Position numbers and translations under genes: made by a program. 64,000 nt of DNA from an uncultured Gemmataceae bacterium (GTDB lineage Bacteria; Planctomycetota; Planctomycetia; Gemmatales; Gemmataceae): NCBI GenBank assembly GCA_963750165.1, contig CAVVPN010000004.1, positions 992,001 to 1,056,000 of the forward strand, read 5' to 3'. Below, in pieces: positions 30,326 to 41,929 of the stretch (position 1 is its first letter; each line of letters starts with the position of its first letter). Below the pieces are notes generated by a model. It saw only the letters and a program-made list of their open reading frames with translations. It searched no databases and was not told the origin of the DNA.

Positions 30326-30738
30326 CGGCGGGCCGCCGGCCAGGTGCGCCTCCAATCGGTCGATGAACGGCACCTGATCGGGGTGCAACAACTCGCGGGC
30401 CCGCGCAGCGCCACGAAACACGCCTGATCGACCTCCCACGACGCGCAGCGCGGCTGGGCGTCCTCCGGAGCGGGGCCGCCGAAGCAGTGGACCTGTTTGC
30501 GACTCTTCCGGTAGATGATGGAGCCCAGCGACACCAACGGCCCGGTCACGGCGACCGCGGTTTCCTCCAGCGTTTCGCGGCGAGCGGTCACCTCCAGGTT
30601 CGATTCACCCTCGTTGGGCATCCCCTTGGGAATGCTCCACGGCGCGCGGCGGTTGTAGCCGCCCGACGGATGGACCAGCAGCACCTCCAGGCCGTCCGGT
30701 CCCGAACGGTAGAGCAGCGTCCCTGCGGATTGCTTCAC
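30305..30738 (-). CDS. NUDIX hydrolase, apparent frameshift near 30405
   Basis: VKQSAGTLLYR..LLVHP..WSIPKG..ARRETLEET. Adding one base restores RARELLHPDQVPFIDRL...stop at 30305. Confidence 0.75.
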
Positions 30739-30751
30739 GATGGGCCTCCCT

Positions 30752-31600
30752 TCACGACGCGGGGTTGTCCGCGGAACAGATCGGGCCGTACAGCTCTGGC
30801 CGCCTGTGCCGCACCCGGTCCAGCTCGTATCCTTTCGGGATGATGACGATGTGCTTGTCGCGGGCCTGCCCCGGGTCAATGTCGGCGTACAGAATGGCCG
30901 GCCGGTCGTCGTCACTGACCGCCAGCAGGTCGCCGTTGACGTTGACGATGCGGCTCATGCCCAGGAAGCGGAAGTCACGCTCGGTGCCGACGCGGTTGAC
31001 CGCGGCGTAGTAGACGCGGTTCTCCAGCGCCCGGGCCTGAATCAGATACTTGACTGTGCCGAGGGCGCCGGTGGGCCAGTTGGTCGGCAGCACGATCAGG
31101 TCGGCGCCGCGCAGCATCAACACACGGGCGGCCTCGGGGAAACTGCCGTCGTAGCAAATATTCATGCCGACGCGCAGGCCGCCGAGGTCGTGGACCGCGA
31201 ACGGCCGGTCGCCCGGCGTGGTGAAGTGATCGACGCCCAGGCAGGGCAGGTGGACCTTGCGATAGGTCGCGGCCACACCGGCCGGGCCGACCAGGACACA
31301 GGCGTTGTAGAGCAGGTCGCCGGCGGCGCGTTCGAGCAGGCCGACGACCACCCAGACGCCGAGGCGGGCGCAGTCGGCGGCGAGGGCGTCGGTGCTGGGG
31401 CCGGGGATAAGCTCGGCGTGCGGCAGGGCCTCGGCCTTGCTCGCGAAGCAGTAGCCGGTCAGGGCGCACTCCGGGAAGATCACGAGCCGGGCCCCGGACG
31501 CCGCGGCCTCGTGCAGCCGGGCGCGGACGTACTCCAGGTTGTGGGGCCGGTCGCCGAGCCGGCAGTCCATCTGCACGCCGGCGATTTTCCAGGGGGCCAT
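30752..31600 (-). CDS. Carbon-nitrogen hydrolase (nitrilase family)
   Basis: IFPECALTGY, YRKVHL, NICYDGSFPE (E-K-C triad). Confidence 0.92.
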   Translation of the reverse strand: MAPWKIAGVQMDCRLGDRPHNLEYVRARLHEAAASGARLVIFPECALTGYCFASKAEALPHAELIPGPSTDALAADCARLGVWVVVGLLERAAGDLLYNACVLVGPAGVAATYRKVHLPCLGVDHFTTPGDRPFAVHDLGGLRVGMNICYDGSFPEAARVLMLRGADLIVLPTNWPTGALGTVKYLIQARALENRVYYAAVNRVGTERDFRFLGMSRIVNVNGDLLAVSDDDRPAILYADIDPGQARDKHIVIIPKGYELDRVRHRRPELYGPICSADNPAS

Positions 31601-31744
31601 GACGGTCGGGCCTCGCGGGGATGGGGTCGGTGGGGATATTGTGTGGATGCGCGGTCGGGTGGCAACGCGCCGCTTGACCGGCGGGCGGGCGGTGGTAGCA
31701 TGGCTGCGGTGTACAACGCCCGCGTACGATTGCCCGGAGTCCGC

Positions 31745-32035
31745 ATGGACCCGCTACCGAGTTTGCTCGCCGTCGCGGCCGGTGTGGCCCTGCTCGCCTG
31801 CCGGCCGCGCTATGCGTTCGTCGTGCGCCTGGAGCGGGGTGAGCCGCGGGTGGCCTCCGGCGAGGTGACCGCCGCCTTCCTCGAGGAGGTTCGCGAGGTC
31901 TGCCAACAGGCCCGTCAAATGAGCGGCTGGCTGGGCGGCGTCCGCCAGGGCCACCGCATCAAGCTGACGTTTTCGCACGGCATCCCGCCGCCGTTACGCC
32001 AGCGGCTGCGGAATGTGTGGATGCTGCACGGGTGA
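31745..32035 (+). CDS. Small membrane-anchored protein (DUF3634-like)
   Basis: N-terminal TM; LTFSHGIPPPLRQRLRNVW. Confidence 0.6.
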   Translation: MDPLPSLLAVAAGVALLACRPRYAFVVRLERGEPRVASGEVTAAFLEEVREVCQQARQMSGWLGGVRQGHRIKLTFSHGIPPPLRQRLRNVWMLHG

Positions 32036-32058
32036 ACCAACCGCGTTTCGGAGAGCGG

Positions 32059-32472
32059 ATGAGCGGCATTGTGTTGCGACTTCCTGGTTACCTTTGGGCA
32101 CTCCCCGTCACCCTCGTGGGATTGCTCTTCGTGCCAGTCGCCTGTCTGACCGGTGGCCGTTTTCGAATCGTGGCCGGGGTGATCGAAGTCCAGGGCGGCC
32201 TGGTGGCGACCTTTCTGCGCGGCAGTTTTCTGGGTTTTCGCGGCGGGGCGGCCATGACGCTTGGGCACGTGATCCTGGGCCGCAATGTGCAGTGCCTGGA
32301 GACGAGCCGAGCCCACGAGCGCGTTCACGTGCGGCAATTCGAGCGGTGGGGGCCACTGCTGCTGCCGCTGTATTTCCTTGCCGGCCGCCGCGCCCGGTGG
32401 CGCGGCCTGGATCCGCATTTGGATAATCTGTTCGAGATCGAGGCGTATGAGCGGGGCCGGCATGGTGAATAA
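32059..32472 (+). CDS. Hypothetical membrane protein with an HExxH motif
   Basis: AMTLGHVILG..HERVHVRQFERWG..NLFEIEAY. Confidence 0.7.
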   Translation: MSGIVLRLPGYLWALPVTLVGLLFVPVACLTGGRFRIVAGVIEVQGGLVATFLRGSFLGFRGGAAMTLGHVILGRNVQCLETSRAHERVHVRQFERWGPLLLPLYFLAGRRARWRGLDPHLDNLFEIEAYERGRHGE

Positions 32473-33244
32473 CGCGAGCGCACTGAGCCCCCTCGACCGC
32501 CTCAGCAGCGAACAACACTTCCACGACCGCCAGGCGTCTGAACGGGCTGCGGCCCTGGCGGCTCAGCCCGATGCCCTGCGCTTCACCGATCAAGCCTATC
32601 TCGATCACGAAACGTGGATTCGCCCCGCGCTGGCGCGGTTGGGCAAGCTGCGTGGGCAGGCCGTCCTGGACTACGGCTGTGGCCACGGCATGGCGGCGGT
32701 GGTGCTGGCGCGCGGCGGCGCCCGCGTCACGGCCTTCGACCTGTCGCGCGGCTACCTGGCCGAGGCGACGGCGCGGGCGGCGGCCAACGGTGTCCGCGTG
32801 GACTTCGTGCAGGCGGACGGCGAACGGCTGCCGTTCGCGGACGCGGCCTTTGACGGCGTCTGGGGCAACGCGGTCCTGCACCACCTCGACCTGGCGAAAG
32901 CGGGCCGCGAGTTGCGGCGCGTGCTGCGGCCCGGCGGCGTCGCGGTCTTCTGTGAGCCGTGGGGCGAAAACGTGCTGCTGAACCTCGCCCGCCGCTGGCT
33001 GCCCTACCCCGGCAAGCGGCGCACCCGTGACGAGCAACCGCTGCGCCGCCGGCAGCTGCGGCCGCTGTTCGACCTGTTCGGCCGCGTCGAGCTGCACGGC
33101 TACCAGCTGCTGGCGATGGTGCGGCGGGCGCTGCCGGGTCGGCGCCTGCCGGCGACGCTGGAGCGCTGCGACGCGGAACTGCTGCGGCGCGTGCCGGCGC
33201 TGGCCCGCTTCTGCCGCTACGCCGTCCTCACCCTGACCCGGTAA
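32462..33244 (+). CDS. Class I SAM-dependent methyltransferase
   Basis: VLDYGCGHG, LPFADAAFD, LHH, RVLRPGG. Confidence 0.88.
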   Translation: MVNNASALSPLDRLSSEQHFHDRQASERAAALAAQPDALRFTDQAYLDHETWIRPALARLGKLRGQAVLDYGCGHGMAAVVLARGGARVTAFDLSRGYLAEATARAAANGVRVDFVQADGERLPFADAAFDGVWGNAVLHHLDLAKAGRELRRVLRPGGVAVFCEPWGENVLLNLARRWLPYPGKRRTRDEQPLRRRQLRPLFDLFGRVELHGYQLLAMVRRALPGRRLPATLERCDAELLRRVPALARFCRYAVLTLTR

Positions 33245-33371
33245 CCCGGTCACGCTTTCTCCTGACCTTCCCACTCAGTCCATTTTTTCCGTTCGCAGTA
33301 AGGAACCAGTGATCCGGGCCGATAAAACCCAGAGGCGGTACTGTGGGTGAGGTGAGCAGCTCAGCTCATGG

Positions 33372-34182
33372 GTGCGTTCGATCAGGTATCGGGTGTTTAC
33401 CGCCCTGGTCTACCTGCGCGGCCGCTGTCCGGAGGGCGTCCTCGACATGACGCTCGAGCGGTTCACGCACGGTTTGCACACGAGTGGGCGGCGGGCACGG
33501 CTTGACCACCAGCGGCCTGCATTGCCACAGCAAGGGGGCCAAGGAGGCCAAGGGGGCCAACTTTTTCACACGTCGAGAATCGCCGCCTGGCAGCGCCGGC
33601 CTGCCGTTCGTGGTCCACACAACTGGGAACCACTCTGGAGCGGTTCGCAAGCGCGTGGACCACAAACCGTGGCACGGCTCTCCAGAGCCGTGGTGGAAAC
33701 CGCACGGCTCTGGAGAGCCGTGCCACGTCGTGTGCGCCTGCCCTTCGTGAACCGCGCTAAACGGCGGCTTTGGCACCCGCCACGCGGCGCTGCTCTGGGA
33801 CCTGGACGGCGACAACGCTGCGGAGGTGCTGGAGTTGGTGGCCGTGGGCCGTGAGTCGTGGGGCCTGCTGTTCTGGGTGCCGCTCATGGCCGGCGCGGAC
33901 GCCGATGCCGTCGTCGCCTGGGAACGAGGACTGGAGGGCTGGGAAATGACTGAATCACAAGTCGTCAACCGTTGGATCGGCGAGACCGAAGTCAAGGCGA
34001 CACTGGCGGCTTTCCGCCTCGCCCTGATTCGTATCCTTTGCAGCCGGTTTGGAGAGCCAATCCCGGATGAAGTATTGGAGACAATCAATACCCAGCCGAG
34101 CGCGACGTTGCTCGTAGACTGGATTGATGCGGCGTCGTTGGCCACCACCCTGCAAGACTTCATCGCGGTTCTGCGCCGCTGA
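33372..34182 (+). pseudogene. Degraded hypothetical gene (Rpn/DUF4351-like family, tentative), fragmented around a REP-like insert
   Basis: Fragments TALVYLRGR, WGLLFWVPLMAG, MTESQVVNRW..RFGEPIP..WIDAA in different frames. Confidence 0.45.
33668..33727. repeat. REP-like palindrome (family B)
   Basis: cgtggcacggctctccagagccgtg...cacggctctggagagccgtgccacg. Confidence 0.85.
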
Positions 34183-37069
34183 CCCAATCCCGGGCCAGCA
34201 GCTGCCGCAGCATGAACGGCAGAATGCCGCCGTGCCGGTAGTACTCCACCTCAATCGGCGTGTCCACGCGCAGCGTCACGCGCGTCTGGTCCTCGCGGCC
34301 GTCGGCCCGATGGATCACCAGCGTCACCGCCTGCCGCGGCGACAGCTCGCCCTCCAGCCCGAGCAGGTCGAACGTCTCGGTGCCGTCCAGCTTCAACGTC
34401 CCGGCGTTCTCGCCGTCCTGGAACTGGCACGGCAGCACGCCCATCTGCACCAGGTTGCTGCGGTGGATGCGCTCGAAGCTCTGCGCCACCACGACAAGCA
34501 CGCCCAGCAGCCGCGTCCCCTTCGCCGCCCAGTCGCGCGAACTGCCGGTGCCGTACTCCTGGCCCGCGAACACGATCAACGGAATGCCCGCCGCCTGATA
34601 CTTGATCGAGGCATCGTAAATGCTCAGCCGCTCGCCGCCCGGGTGGACCAACGTCTCGCCCCCCTCGACGCCCGGCACCATGCGGTTGCGGATGCGCACG
34701 TTTGCAAACGTGCCGCGCACCATCACACGGTCGTTGCCGCGCCGCGCTCCGTAGGTGTTGAAGTCCTCCACCGGCACGCCCTGCGCCAGCAGGTACACGC
34801 CCGCCGGCGACTTCGGGCTGATCGTGCCCGCCGGGCTGATGTGGTCCGTCGTGATCGAGTCGCCGAAGATCGCCAGCGGTCGAGCGTTCTTGACCGGCCG
34901 CAGCGACTCCGGCTCCAGGCCGAACTTGTTGAAGTACGGCGGCTCCTGGATGTACGTCGAGGCCGGGTCCCACTCGTACACCTTGCCGGTCACCGCCGGG
35001 ATCTCGTCCCAGAGCGGATTCAGCCCCGTGAAGTTGCCGTACATCAGCCGGTACGCCTCCGGGTCCGCTGCCGCCTCCAGCGCCCGGCCCACCTCCTCGG
35101 TGCTCGGCCAGATGTCGCGCAGATACACCTGCTGGCCGTCCTTGCCCATGCCGAGCGGCTCGTTGGCCAGGTCGATGTCCACGCGGCCGGCCAGCGCGAA
35201 CGCCACCACCAGCGGCGGACTCATCAGGAAGTTCGCCTTCACGCTCTGGTGGACGCGCGCCTCGAAGTTGCGGTTGCCGCTCAGCACGCTCGCCACCACC
35301 AGGTCGTTCTTGCCAATCGCCTTTTCCAAATTGGGGTCCAGCGGCCCCGAATTTCCGATGCAACTGGTACACCCGTAGCCCACCGTCCGGAAGCCCAGCG
35401 CGTCCAGGTACGGTTGCAGACCAGTGCGGTCCAGGTATTGCGTCACCACGCGCGAGCCCGGCGCCAGCGACGCCTTGACCGCCGTCGGCACCGTCAGGCC
35501 GCGCTCCACCGCCTTCCGCGCCAGCAGCCCCGCGGCCAGCATCACGCCCGGGTTACTGGTGTTCGTGCAGCTGGTGATGGCGGCGATCACCACGTCGCCG
35601 TTGTGCAGCTCCACCCGGTCGCGCGGGAACTCCTCGGGCAGCACCTCCTCGATGCGGTCCGGTGTCGGCCGGTCCTGCATCATCTCGATTTCCGTCTCGG
35701 GGTTGGTGTTCTTTTCGCTGGTTTGCGGCGCCGGCGCCCTGGGCATCGTCGCCGGATCCTGCAGGCCGCCGCCAGGCAGTGGCGCCCCGTTGTTGGCCTT
35801 GACGCCCGTCTTGACCGGCACACGCTTGTGGACCTCCGCCGCGGTCTTGCCGTAGCCGCCCGCCTCCGGGGCCTTGAACAGCAGTTCGTGGAAGCGGGCG
35901 CCGACCTGCGGCAGATCAATGCGGTCCTGGGGCCGCTTCGGCCCCGCGACGCTCGGCACCACCTCCGCCAGGTCCAGTTCCAGCACGCGTGTGTAGTCGA
36001 TGTCGCCGCCGCGCGGCATGCCGAACATGCCCTGGACCTCGTAATAACGGCGGAAGTTGCCGATGTGCTCCGGTCCACGGCCGGTGGCGGCAAGGTAGCG
36101 GCAAGTCTGCTCGTCGGGCGGGAAGAAACCCATCGTGGCGCCGTACTCGGGAGCCATGTTGGCGAGGGTAGCGCGATCCGGCACCGTCAGCGACGCCGCG
36201 CCTTCGCCGTGGAACTCGACGAACTTGCCGACCACGCCCGCCCGCCGCAGCACCTGTGTGACGTACAGCACCAGGTCCGTCGCGGTCACGCCGGGGTTCA
36301 ACCGGCCGCACAGGTGGACGCCGAGCACGTCCGGCGTCAGGAAGTACACCGGTTGGCCAAGCATGCCCGCCTCGGCCTCAATGCCGCCCACGCCCCAGCC
36401 GACCACGCCCAGGCCGTTAATCATGGTCGTGTGCGAGTCGGTGCCGACCAGCGTGTCCGGGTAGAGCAGACCGCCTTCGTGGACCACGCCGTTGGCCAGG
36501 TACTCCAGATTGACCTGGTGGCAGATGCCGACGCCCGGCGGCACCACGTTGAAGCCGTTGAACGCCTGCGTGCCCCATTTCAGGAACTGGTAGCGCGAGC
36601 GGTTGCGCTTGACCTCCATCTCCATGTTGCGGCGCAGGGCGTCGGCGGTATTCGCGAAGTCCACCTGCACAGAGTGATCGACGACCAGATGCACCGGCAC
36701 CAGCGGCTCGATCAGTTCCGGGTCGCGGCCGAGACGCACCACGGCGGAGCGCATGGCCGCCAGGTCCACGAGCAATGGCACGCCGGTGAAGTCCTGCAGC
36801 AACACCCGGGCCACGACGAACGGGATTTCGTCGGTGCGCTCGGCCCGCGGCTGCCAGGCGGCCAGGCGGCGCACCGCCTGCTCGTCCACGCGGTTGCCGT
36901 CGCAGTTGCGCAGCACCGACTCCAGGACGACGCGCAGGCACACCGGCAACCGCGACACTGCCCCCAGCCCCGCCTTCTCCAGCCGCGGCAGCGAATAATA
37001 CTGGGCGCTGCCACCGTTCTTCAGTGGGATGGATTGCAGGGCGTCGAAGCGGTTGTGTTGCTCGCTCAT
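34160..37069 (-). CDS. acnA: Aconitate hydratase A
   Basis: [67 protein letters not shown]. Confidence 0.96.
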   Translation of the reverse strand: MSEQHNRFDALQSIPLKNGGSAQYYSLPRLEKAGLGAVSRLPVCLRVVLESVLRNCDGNRVDEQAVRRLAAWQPRAERTDEIPFVVARVLLQDFTGVPLLVDLAAMRSAVVRLGRDPELIEPLVPVHLVVDHSVQVDFANTADALRRNMEMEVKRNRSRYQFLKWGTQAFNGFNVVPPGVGICHQVNLEYLANGVVHEGGLLYPDTLVGTDSHTTMINGLGVVGWGVGGIEAEAGMLGQPVYFLTPDVLGVHLCGRLNPGVTATDLVLYVTQVLRRAGVVGKFVEFHGEGAASLTVPDRATLANMAPEYGATMGFFPPDEQTCRYLAATGRGPEHIGNFRRYYEVQGMFGMPRGGDIDYTRVLELDLAEVVPSVAGPKRPQDRIDLPQVGARFHELLFKAPEAGGYGKTAAEVHKRVPVKTGVKANNGAPLPGGGLQDPATMPRAPAPQTSEKNTNPETEIEMMQDRPTPDRIEEVLPEEFPRDRVELHNGDVVIAAITSCTNTSNPGVMLAAGLLARKAVERGLTVPTAVKASLAPGSRVVTQYLDRTGLQPYLDALGFRTVGYGCTSCIGNSGPLDPNLEKAIGKNDLVVASVLSGNRNFEARVHQSVKANFLMSPPLVVAFALAGRVDIDLANEPLGMGKDGQQVYLRDIWPSTEEVGRALEAAADPEAYRLMYGNFTGLNPLWDEIPAVTGKVYEWDPASTYIQEPPYFNKFGLEPESLRPVKNARPLAIFGDSITTDHISPAGTISPKSPAGVYLLAQGVPVEDFNTYGARRGNDRVMVRGTFANVRIRNRMVPGVEGGETLVHPGGERLSIYDASIKYQAAGIPLIVFAGQEYGTGSSRDWAAKGTRLLGVLVVVAQSFERIHRSNLVQMGVLPCQFQDGENAGTLKLDGTETFDLLGLEGELSPRQAVTLVIHRADGREDQTRVTLRVDTPIEVEYYRHGGILPFMLRQLLARDWVSGAEPR

Positions 37070-37229
37070 GGGTCACCTCCGGGGGGTCGGTCGGGCGGGG
37101 AAGGCGCGTGTCGCTACAGTGCGTTATATACCCGGGGGAAGGGGGCGGCAGCGAAGCAGGGCCCGCTGAAAGATGTGCAGGAGATCGGCGTCCCGAGCTT
37201 CTGCCGCAAGCGCTGGAGAAAAAGAAGGA

Positions 37230-39125
37230 TCAGGGCTCCTCGACAAAACTGACCCCCCAATCGACGACCCGCTGCAGCACAACCCAGCGCTGATCGACCC
37301 GCAGCAGCAGATAATAAAGACGACAACCCCGAAAGTCGGTGAACCCGCCGGCGTGGCCTCCGGCGTTGAACAGATAAAACTGGACGTTGGCAATCTCGAA
37401 CGGCCAAAAATCGCCGAACGCAACCCGTTCCAGGCTGATGCCCAGCATCGGCTTCTTCAACAGGCCAAATTTTTCATTGTGGACCGGCCGCTGCTGATGC
37501 CCCGGCACTGCGGCGTGAAACCATCGCGGCCAGGCCATCGCCCAGTTCTCATTCGCCAGGGCGAATTTGCCGGACGCAGGAGTCCCATAAACCGCACGTG
37601 CCGTCTTGAGTTTCGGGTTTGTCAATGCGTCGGTCAGGGCGGTTTGCAGCAGTTGCTCCACGCCCGCGACCCGGGGCGGGTAGGCGGGCGGCCGCTCGTC
37701 CGGATCCTTCGCGGCGCCCTTTTCCCGCGCCGGCTCCACCGCTTTCACCTTGCCCTTCGGCACCGGCTGCGGTCCGGCTTTGCGAATCTGCTCCTCTTCC
37801 TCTTCAATGTAAATCCTGGGCTCGGCCACCATCAGCCACACCCGATCCTTCGCCGCGGGCTGGTAGTCCACCGGCATCAGGATCGTCGTGCCGTCGTCAA
37901 TCTCCACGAAGCCCGTCCGCACGGCGGTGCGCACCGCCGGCACTTCGCGTTCCTGGACCTGGCCCGTCTTCAGATTCAGCATTTTCGCCTTCGTGATGCC
38001 CGCCAGCTGGGCCACGTCCTGGATGAGATGCAAACGGATGGCCCGGCGGTCGGGGCTGACTTCCACCCGGGCACGGAACGCCACGCCGGACAGGCCGGTG
38101 TCGTATTCGTTCACCACCGGATTGATCTTGTCCGGTTTACCGAAGCGCGTCACGTAGCGGTAGGGGAACTGTACAGAGAGGAACGCGGTCGCCTTACCCG
38201 GCTTGATTTTCACGTCGCTGCCGTGCTCGAACGGCTTCAGCTTCTCCAGCTGCTGCCACAGCGCGACGGTGACCGGCACCGCCCAGTTTTGCTTGCCGTT
38301 CACCGCTTTCGGCAGCAGCGGGGCCACGTGCTTGCCGTAGAAGGCGCGATCGACCTCGTAGAGCCGGGCGTTCATGACGACGGCCAGGTCGCCCAGTCGC
38401 CGCAGGGCCGCGAGCAAGTTCGCGATGAGTTCGTGCCGGTCGCGGTTGGTTTCGACCACCAGTTTCGTGCCGTTCACCACGCGAATGGTGGCGGCATTTT
38501 TTATGCCCTGCGGCCAGGGCCCCGGGGCCAGTTCCTGGTAGATCAACTGCACCAGCAGGGTCGCGGCGTCGGGCGCGGTGTTCGGCTTCGGAGCGGCCTT
38601 GTCGATAACGCCAAGGAAGCGCAGCGGGTTTGTACTGGGGTAGCGCTTCAACAGCTGCACCACGTCGCCCACGTCGTAGGTCCGCGTGGAGACGGTGTGC
38701 TGCATGGTGGTGATGAGCACGTGCGTCGGCAGGACAAGGTAATCCGGCCGGTCACCCACCTCCAAAACGATTCTGAAAAGGGCCATGCGAATCAGCGTGT
38801 TCAGGCTCACTCTCCTCGGAAAGGGCGGCAGTTTGACCTGCGTCGCCTTGACCGCGGCCAGTTCCTTGCCGAACGCCTTTTCATCGAAGCGGAAGGACAC
38901 CTTCCTGTCCCTGGGCAGCTGCTTCTCCACCGCCGCCAGGAGTTCCGCCAGCGACATCGGTTTTTGCAGCTTCTCGGTTTCGATCGATTGTTCGAGCAGG
39001 TTTTGCAAGCGCGCAATCTGCTCTGCGGCTTTCTTGTCTTTGGCGTCCGGGGCCTGGGCCAGGCCGGCGGCGCCGCCGAGCAACAGCAGCACGGCCGCAA
39101 GACGAAACGAGGTCGCGGCGGACAT
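37230..39125 (-). CDS. Hypothetical secreted protein with secretin-like segments
   Basis: Signal peptide; RTYDVGDVV, IANLLAALRR, VSPDRRAIRL, EIDDGTTILM..AEPRI. Confidence 0.6.
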   Translation of the reverse strand: MSAATSFRLAAVLLLLGGAAGLAQAPDAKDKKAAEQIARLQNLLEQSIETEKLQKPMSLAELLAAVEKQLPRDRKVSFRFDEKAFGKELAAVKATQVKLPPFPRRVSLNTLIRMALFRIVLEVGDRPDYLVLPTHVLITTMQHTVSTRTYDVGDVVQLLKRYPSTNPLRFLGVIDKAAPKPNTAPDAATLLVQLIYQELAPGPWPQGIKNAATIRVVNGTKLVVETNRDRHELIANLLAALRRLGDLAVVMNARLYEVDRAFYGKHVAPLLPKAVNGKQNWAVPVTVALWQQLEKLKPFEHGSDVKIKPGKATAFLSVQFPYRYVTRFGKPDKINPVVNEYDTGLSGVAFRARVEVSPDRRAIRLHLIQDVAQLAGITKAKMLNLKTGQVQEREVPAVRTAVRTGFVEIDDGTTILMPVDYQPAAKDRVWLMVAEPRIYIEEEEEQIRKAGPQPVPKGKVKAVEPAREKGAAKDPDERPPAYPPRVAGVEQLLQTALTDALTNPKLKTARAVYGTPASGKFALANENWAMAWPRWFHAAVPGHQQRPVHNEKFGLLKKPMLGISLERVAFGDFWPFEIANVQFYLFNAGGHAGGFTDFRGCRLYYLLLRVDQRWVVLQRVVDWGVSFVEEP

Positions 39126-39224
39126 GACTTCCCCTTTCTCGAAAGGCACTGACCCACCCACGGTGTAGAACGACCGATCAGGGCCGTCGTTTAGCGCGGT
39201 TCACACTTGGTTTGCGCACAGCCT

Positions 39225-39283
39225 GTGGGACGGCTCTCCAGAGCCGTCCTTGTCTCGGAGACGGCTCTGGAGAGCCGTCTTAC
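39225..39283. repeat. REP-like palindrome (family B)
   Basis: gtgggacggctctccagagccgtc...gacggctctggagagccgtcttac. Confidence 0.85.
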
Positions 39284-39366
39284 GGGGCGTGATCCACGCG
39301 GCTGTGAACTGCTCCAGACCGAGTTGCAATCGGTTGTAGCAGTTTGGATGTATTGCCCCCGTGACT

Positions 39367-39489
39367 TTACGCCGAAGGCGTTGCATCGAAGTGATGCAAC
39401 GCCTTCGGCGTAGGTCCAATTGAGATGACACGTTGACCCGGGGTGCGCTGCGCGACCCCAGGCTTTGCGATGCAACGCCTTCGGCGTAA
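39367..39489. repeat. REP/MITE-like element (family C)
   Basis: ttacgccgaaggcgttgcatcg with inverted copies at about 39393-39412 and 39468-39489; internal ccggggtgcgctgcgcgaccccagg hairpin. Confidence 0.8.
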
Positions 39490-39491
39490 GG

Positions 39492-40526
39492 CTAAAACCC
39501 CTTGCCCTTCGTCGTCGTGCGAATGCGGGTCAGCCAGTGGTTGGCGGTCACGTACAGCGTGCTGCCGTCGTCCCCAAACGCGCAGTTGGCGGTCGGCACA
39601 CCGGTGTTGATGGCGCCCAGCAACTTGCCCTCCGGCGAGAACACCAGCACGCCGCCCGGCCCCGTCGCCCACAGGTTACCGTCCTTATCGACCTTCATGC
39701 CGTCCGGCAGGCCCGCCTTGCCTTTCTTGCCGACCCACTTGGTCGCGTCAAAAAAGATACGGCCGGGGGTGGTGATCTCGCCCGGGGCCTTCACGACGAA
39801 CGCCTTCCAGTACGCCCGGATGGGGTCGCTGTTGGCGACATACAGCGTCTTGCCGTCCGGCGACAGCGTGATGCCGTTCGGCCGCGACATCTCCTTGGTC
39901 AGCAGCTTCAGCTTGCCGTCCTTCGACAGGAAGTAGACACCGCAGAAGTCCAGCTCGCGGGCCGGGTCGTCCCAGTTCTTTTCCAGACCGTAGGGGGGGT
40001 CCGTGAAGTACAGGTTGCCTTCCTTGTCGAACACCAGGTCGTTCGGGCTGTTGAAGCGCTTGCCCTCATACCTGTCCGCCAGGGTGGTCTTCTTGCCGTT
40101 CTTCTCGATGCGCGTGACGCGGCGGTCGCCGTGCTCGCACAGGCACAGCCGGCCCTCCGGGTCGAGCATCAGGCCGTTCGAGCCGGGTTCGCCGCCGCGC
40201 TCCTTCTTGCCGGTGTAGCCGGACGGCTTCAGGAACGTGGTCACGCCCTTGCCCGCTTGCCACTTGTTGACGACGTTGTTCGGGATGTCCGAGAACAGCA
40301 CGTACTTGCCGGCCGGCACATAGCACGGGCCCTCGGTCCACTTGAAACCCTCGGCCAGCTTCTCCAGTTTGGCGTTTTTGGGGACGAGCTTGTCGAAGGC
40401 AGGGTCGAGGCGCTCGATGGTGCCGACCGTTTCGGGGGGTTGTTTGTCCTGGCTGACGCCGGCGGCGCCCAGGGCCAGCAGCAGCCCGGCGGCCAGCGTG
40501 CCTTGCAGCAGTTGACGCGGTTTCAT
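39492..40526 (-). CDS. SMP-30/gluconolactonase family protein, secreted
   Basis: WTEGP, LFSDIP, GSNGL, FNSPND, FTDPPYG, PNGI, PDGMKVD. Confidence 0.92.
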   Translation of the reverse strand: MKPRQLLQGTLAAGLLLALGAAGVSQDKQPPETVGTIERLDPAFDKLVPKNAKLEKLAEGFKWTEGPCYVPAGKYVLFSDIPNNVVNKWQAGKGVTTFLKPSGYTGKKERGGEPGSNGLMLDPEGRLCLCEHGDRRVTRIEKNGKKTTLADRYEGKRFNSPNDLVFDKEGNLYFTDPPYGLEKNWDDPARELDFCGVYFLSKDGKLKLLTKEMSRPNGITLSPDGKTLYVANSDPIRAYWKAFVVKAPGEITTPGRIFFDATKWVGKKGKAGLPDGMKVDKDGNLWATGPGGVLVFSPEGKLLGAINTGVPTANCAFGDDGSTLYVTANHWLTRIRTTTKGKGF

Positions 40527-40608
40527 GGGGAGATTCGCCACGGTTTGAGGAGAGTACGCCGGGGCCGTCCCGGCATCGTGAGCGAATCGTACCACCGTGG
40601 CGCGGCGG

Positions 40609-40887
40609 TCACAACCAATTTCCGCCGCCCGGACACGGCGGTCGGCGGCGTCGCTTCGGCGGCCGTTCCGGGGCGAACGTGAAGTCCCGCGCCGGCCGCA
40701 GCAGGCGATACTGCGCCTGTTCGAGCTGGAGTAATTCCGTCGGGGTCGCGCGGACAATCTCGTACATCACGGCCTCGACAGCCTCCATGAGGAAGCCCTC
40801 GTCGCCGTCATAGGCGAGGAGCCGCCGCTTGCGCGGGTGCATCCGGGCTCGCAGCAGCAAACCGTCGAGCGTGCAGCGCAAGATCAC
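40609..40887 (-). CDS. Small hypothetical protein
   Basis: Compact ORF with GC-biased codon use, GTG start and a plausible SD (ggaggt). Confidence 0.55.
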   Translation of the reverse strand: MILRCTLDGLLLRARMHPRKRRLLAYDGDEGFLMEAVEAVMYEIVRATPTELLQLEQAQYRLLRPARDFTFAPERPPKRRRRPPCPGGGNWL

Positions 40888-41092
40888 GAATCCAACCTCC
40901 AGGAAGTGATGAGGAACTCCCCTTCCTTTTTCTCCAAACTAGCAGGCACTTACCGGAAAAGCCAGCCCGGTAGCCGCGGTGGCTGCCGGCGGGCCTTTTT
41001 CGTCGGTGCGGGACCGGACTGGTGCCGCCTCATACAATTTGAGAAAATGAGGCGGCGCCCTGACCCGATCAATCCCGAACAACGGTCCAGCC

Positions 41093-41911
41093 ATGATCTG
41101 GTTCGCCTGCAACAAATGCGGCAAACGCCACAGCCGGCCGGAGTCCTCCGCGGGTACCTTCGTGTTTTGCGACTGCGGCCAGGGCAATCCCGTGCCGTGG
41201 GAGAGCACCGTGGAGGCTGCGGAGGTCGCGCCGGCGGCGCCGGCCATCGTGCTGCCCGCCGAGCCCGTCGATGTCCCCGAGTTGATGCCGCCACCGCTGC
41301 CGCCGTTGCCGCGCTTCGACGCCGTGCCCGTCGGCGAGGAGCGCGTGCCGCCGCGCCCCGGCCCGACCCCGGTCGCCTTCAACGATGACAAAAAACCCGA
41401 GCGTCCCGCCGTCGATTTCGACCGCGACCGTGTGGAGCGCGGGCCGCGCCGCCGGCCCGGCACGCGCCGCCGTGACCCGCGCTTCTGCCTCAACCACGAG
41501 GACCGGCCCACGGAGCAGCCCTGCGCCGACTGCGGCGACGGCTTCTGCGCTGACTGCCTGGTGACGCTCAACAGCAAGCAGGTCTGCGGCCCGTGCAAGA
41601 ATTTCCGCGTCCGCAAGATTCACGGGCCGCAGCGGGTGTCGCTGTACGCGGTCATTGGCGTCATCCTGGCGCCGCTGGCCGGGCCACTGGCGTTCTGTCT
41701 GCTGCCGGTCAGCGAGTCGGCCGGCAGTCCGCTGATCGCCATCCTGGCGCTGCTGCCGCAGCTGGTCGCCGTGGTGCTCGGCGGCCTGGCCCTCCGCGAG
41801 ATCGAAACCGACCCGCGCATCACCGGCCGCGGTCTGGCGCTGACCACGCTGGTGACCGCCAGCTTCATCCTGTTCCTGACCCTGTTCCTGACCCTCTTCG
41901 GGTCGCGCTGA
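41093..41911 (+). CDS. Zn-finger/B-box-like membrane protein
   Basis: CxxC..CxC N-terminus; CLNH..CxxC..CxxC..CxxC; C-terminal TM helices. Confidence 0.7.
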   Translation: MIWFACNKCGKRHSRPESSAGTFVFCDCGQGNPVPWESTVEAAEVAPAAPAIVLPAEPVDVPELMPPPLPPLPRFDAVPVGEERVPPRPGPTPVAFNDDKKPERPAVDFDRDRVERGPRRRPGTRRRDPRFCLNHEDRPTEQPCADCGDGFCADCLVTLNSKQVCGPCKNFRVRKIHGPQRVSLYAVIGVILAPLAGPLAFCLLPVSESAGSPLIAILALLPQLVAVVLGGLALREIETDPRITGRGLALTTLVTASFILFLTLFLTLFGSR

Positions 41912-41929
41912 GCTGCGGGGACCATTGCC

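Noticed and set aside
35640..35800. Pro-rich insertion in AcnA
   Set aside because: It lies in a variable linker region of aconitase A, with no repeat or intein signature.
34124..37252. Long antisense ORFs (1042 aa here; also 4152..6638, 18666..21308 and 37173..39152)
   Set aside because: Shadow frames of GC-rich genes on the opposite strand, with no recognisable motifs.
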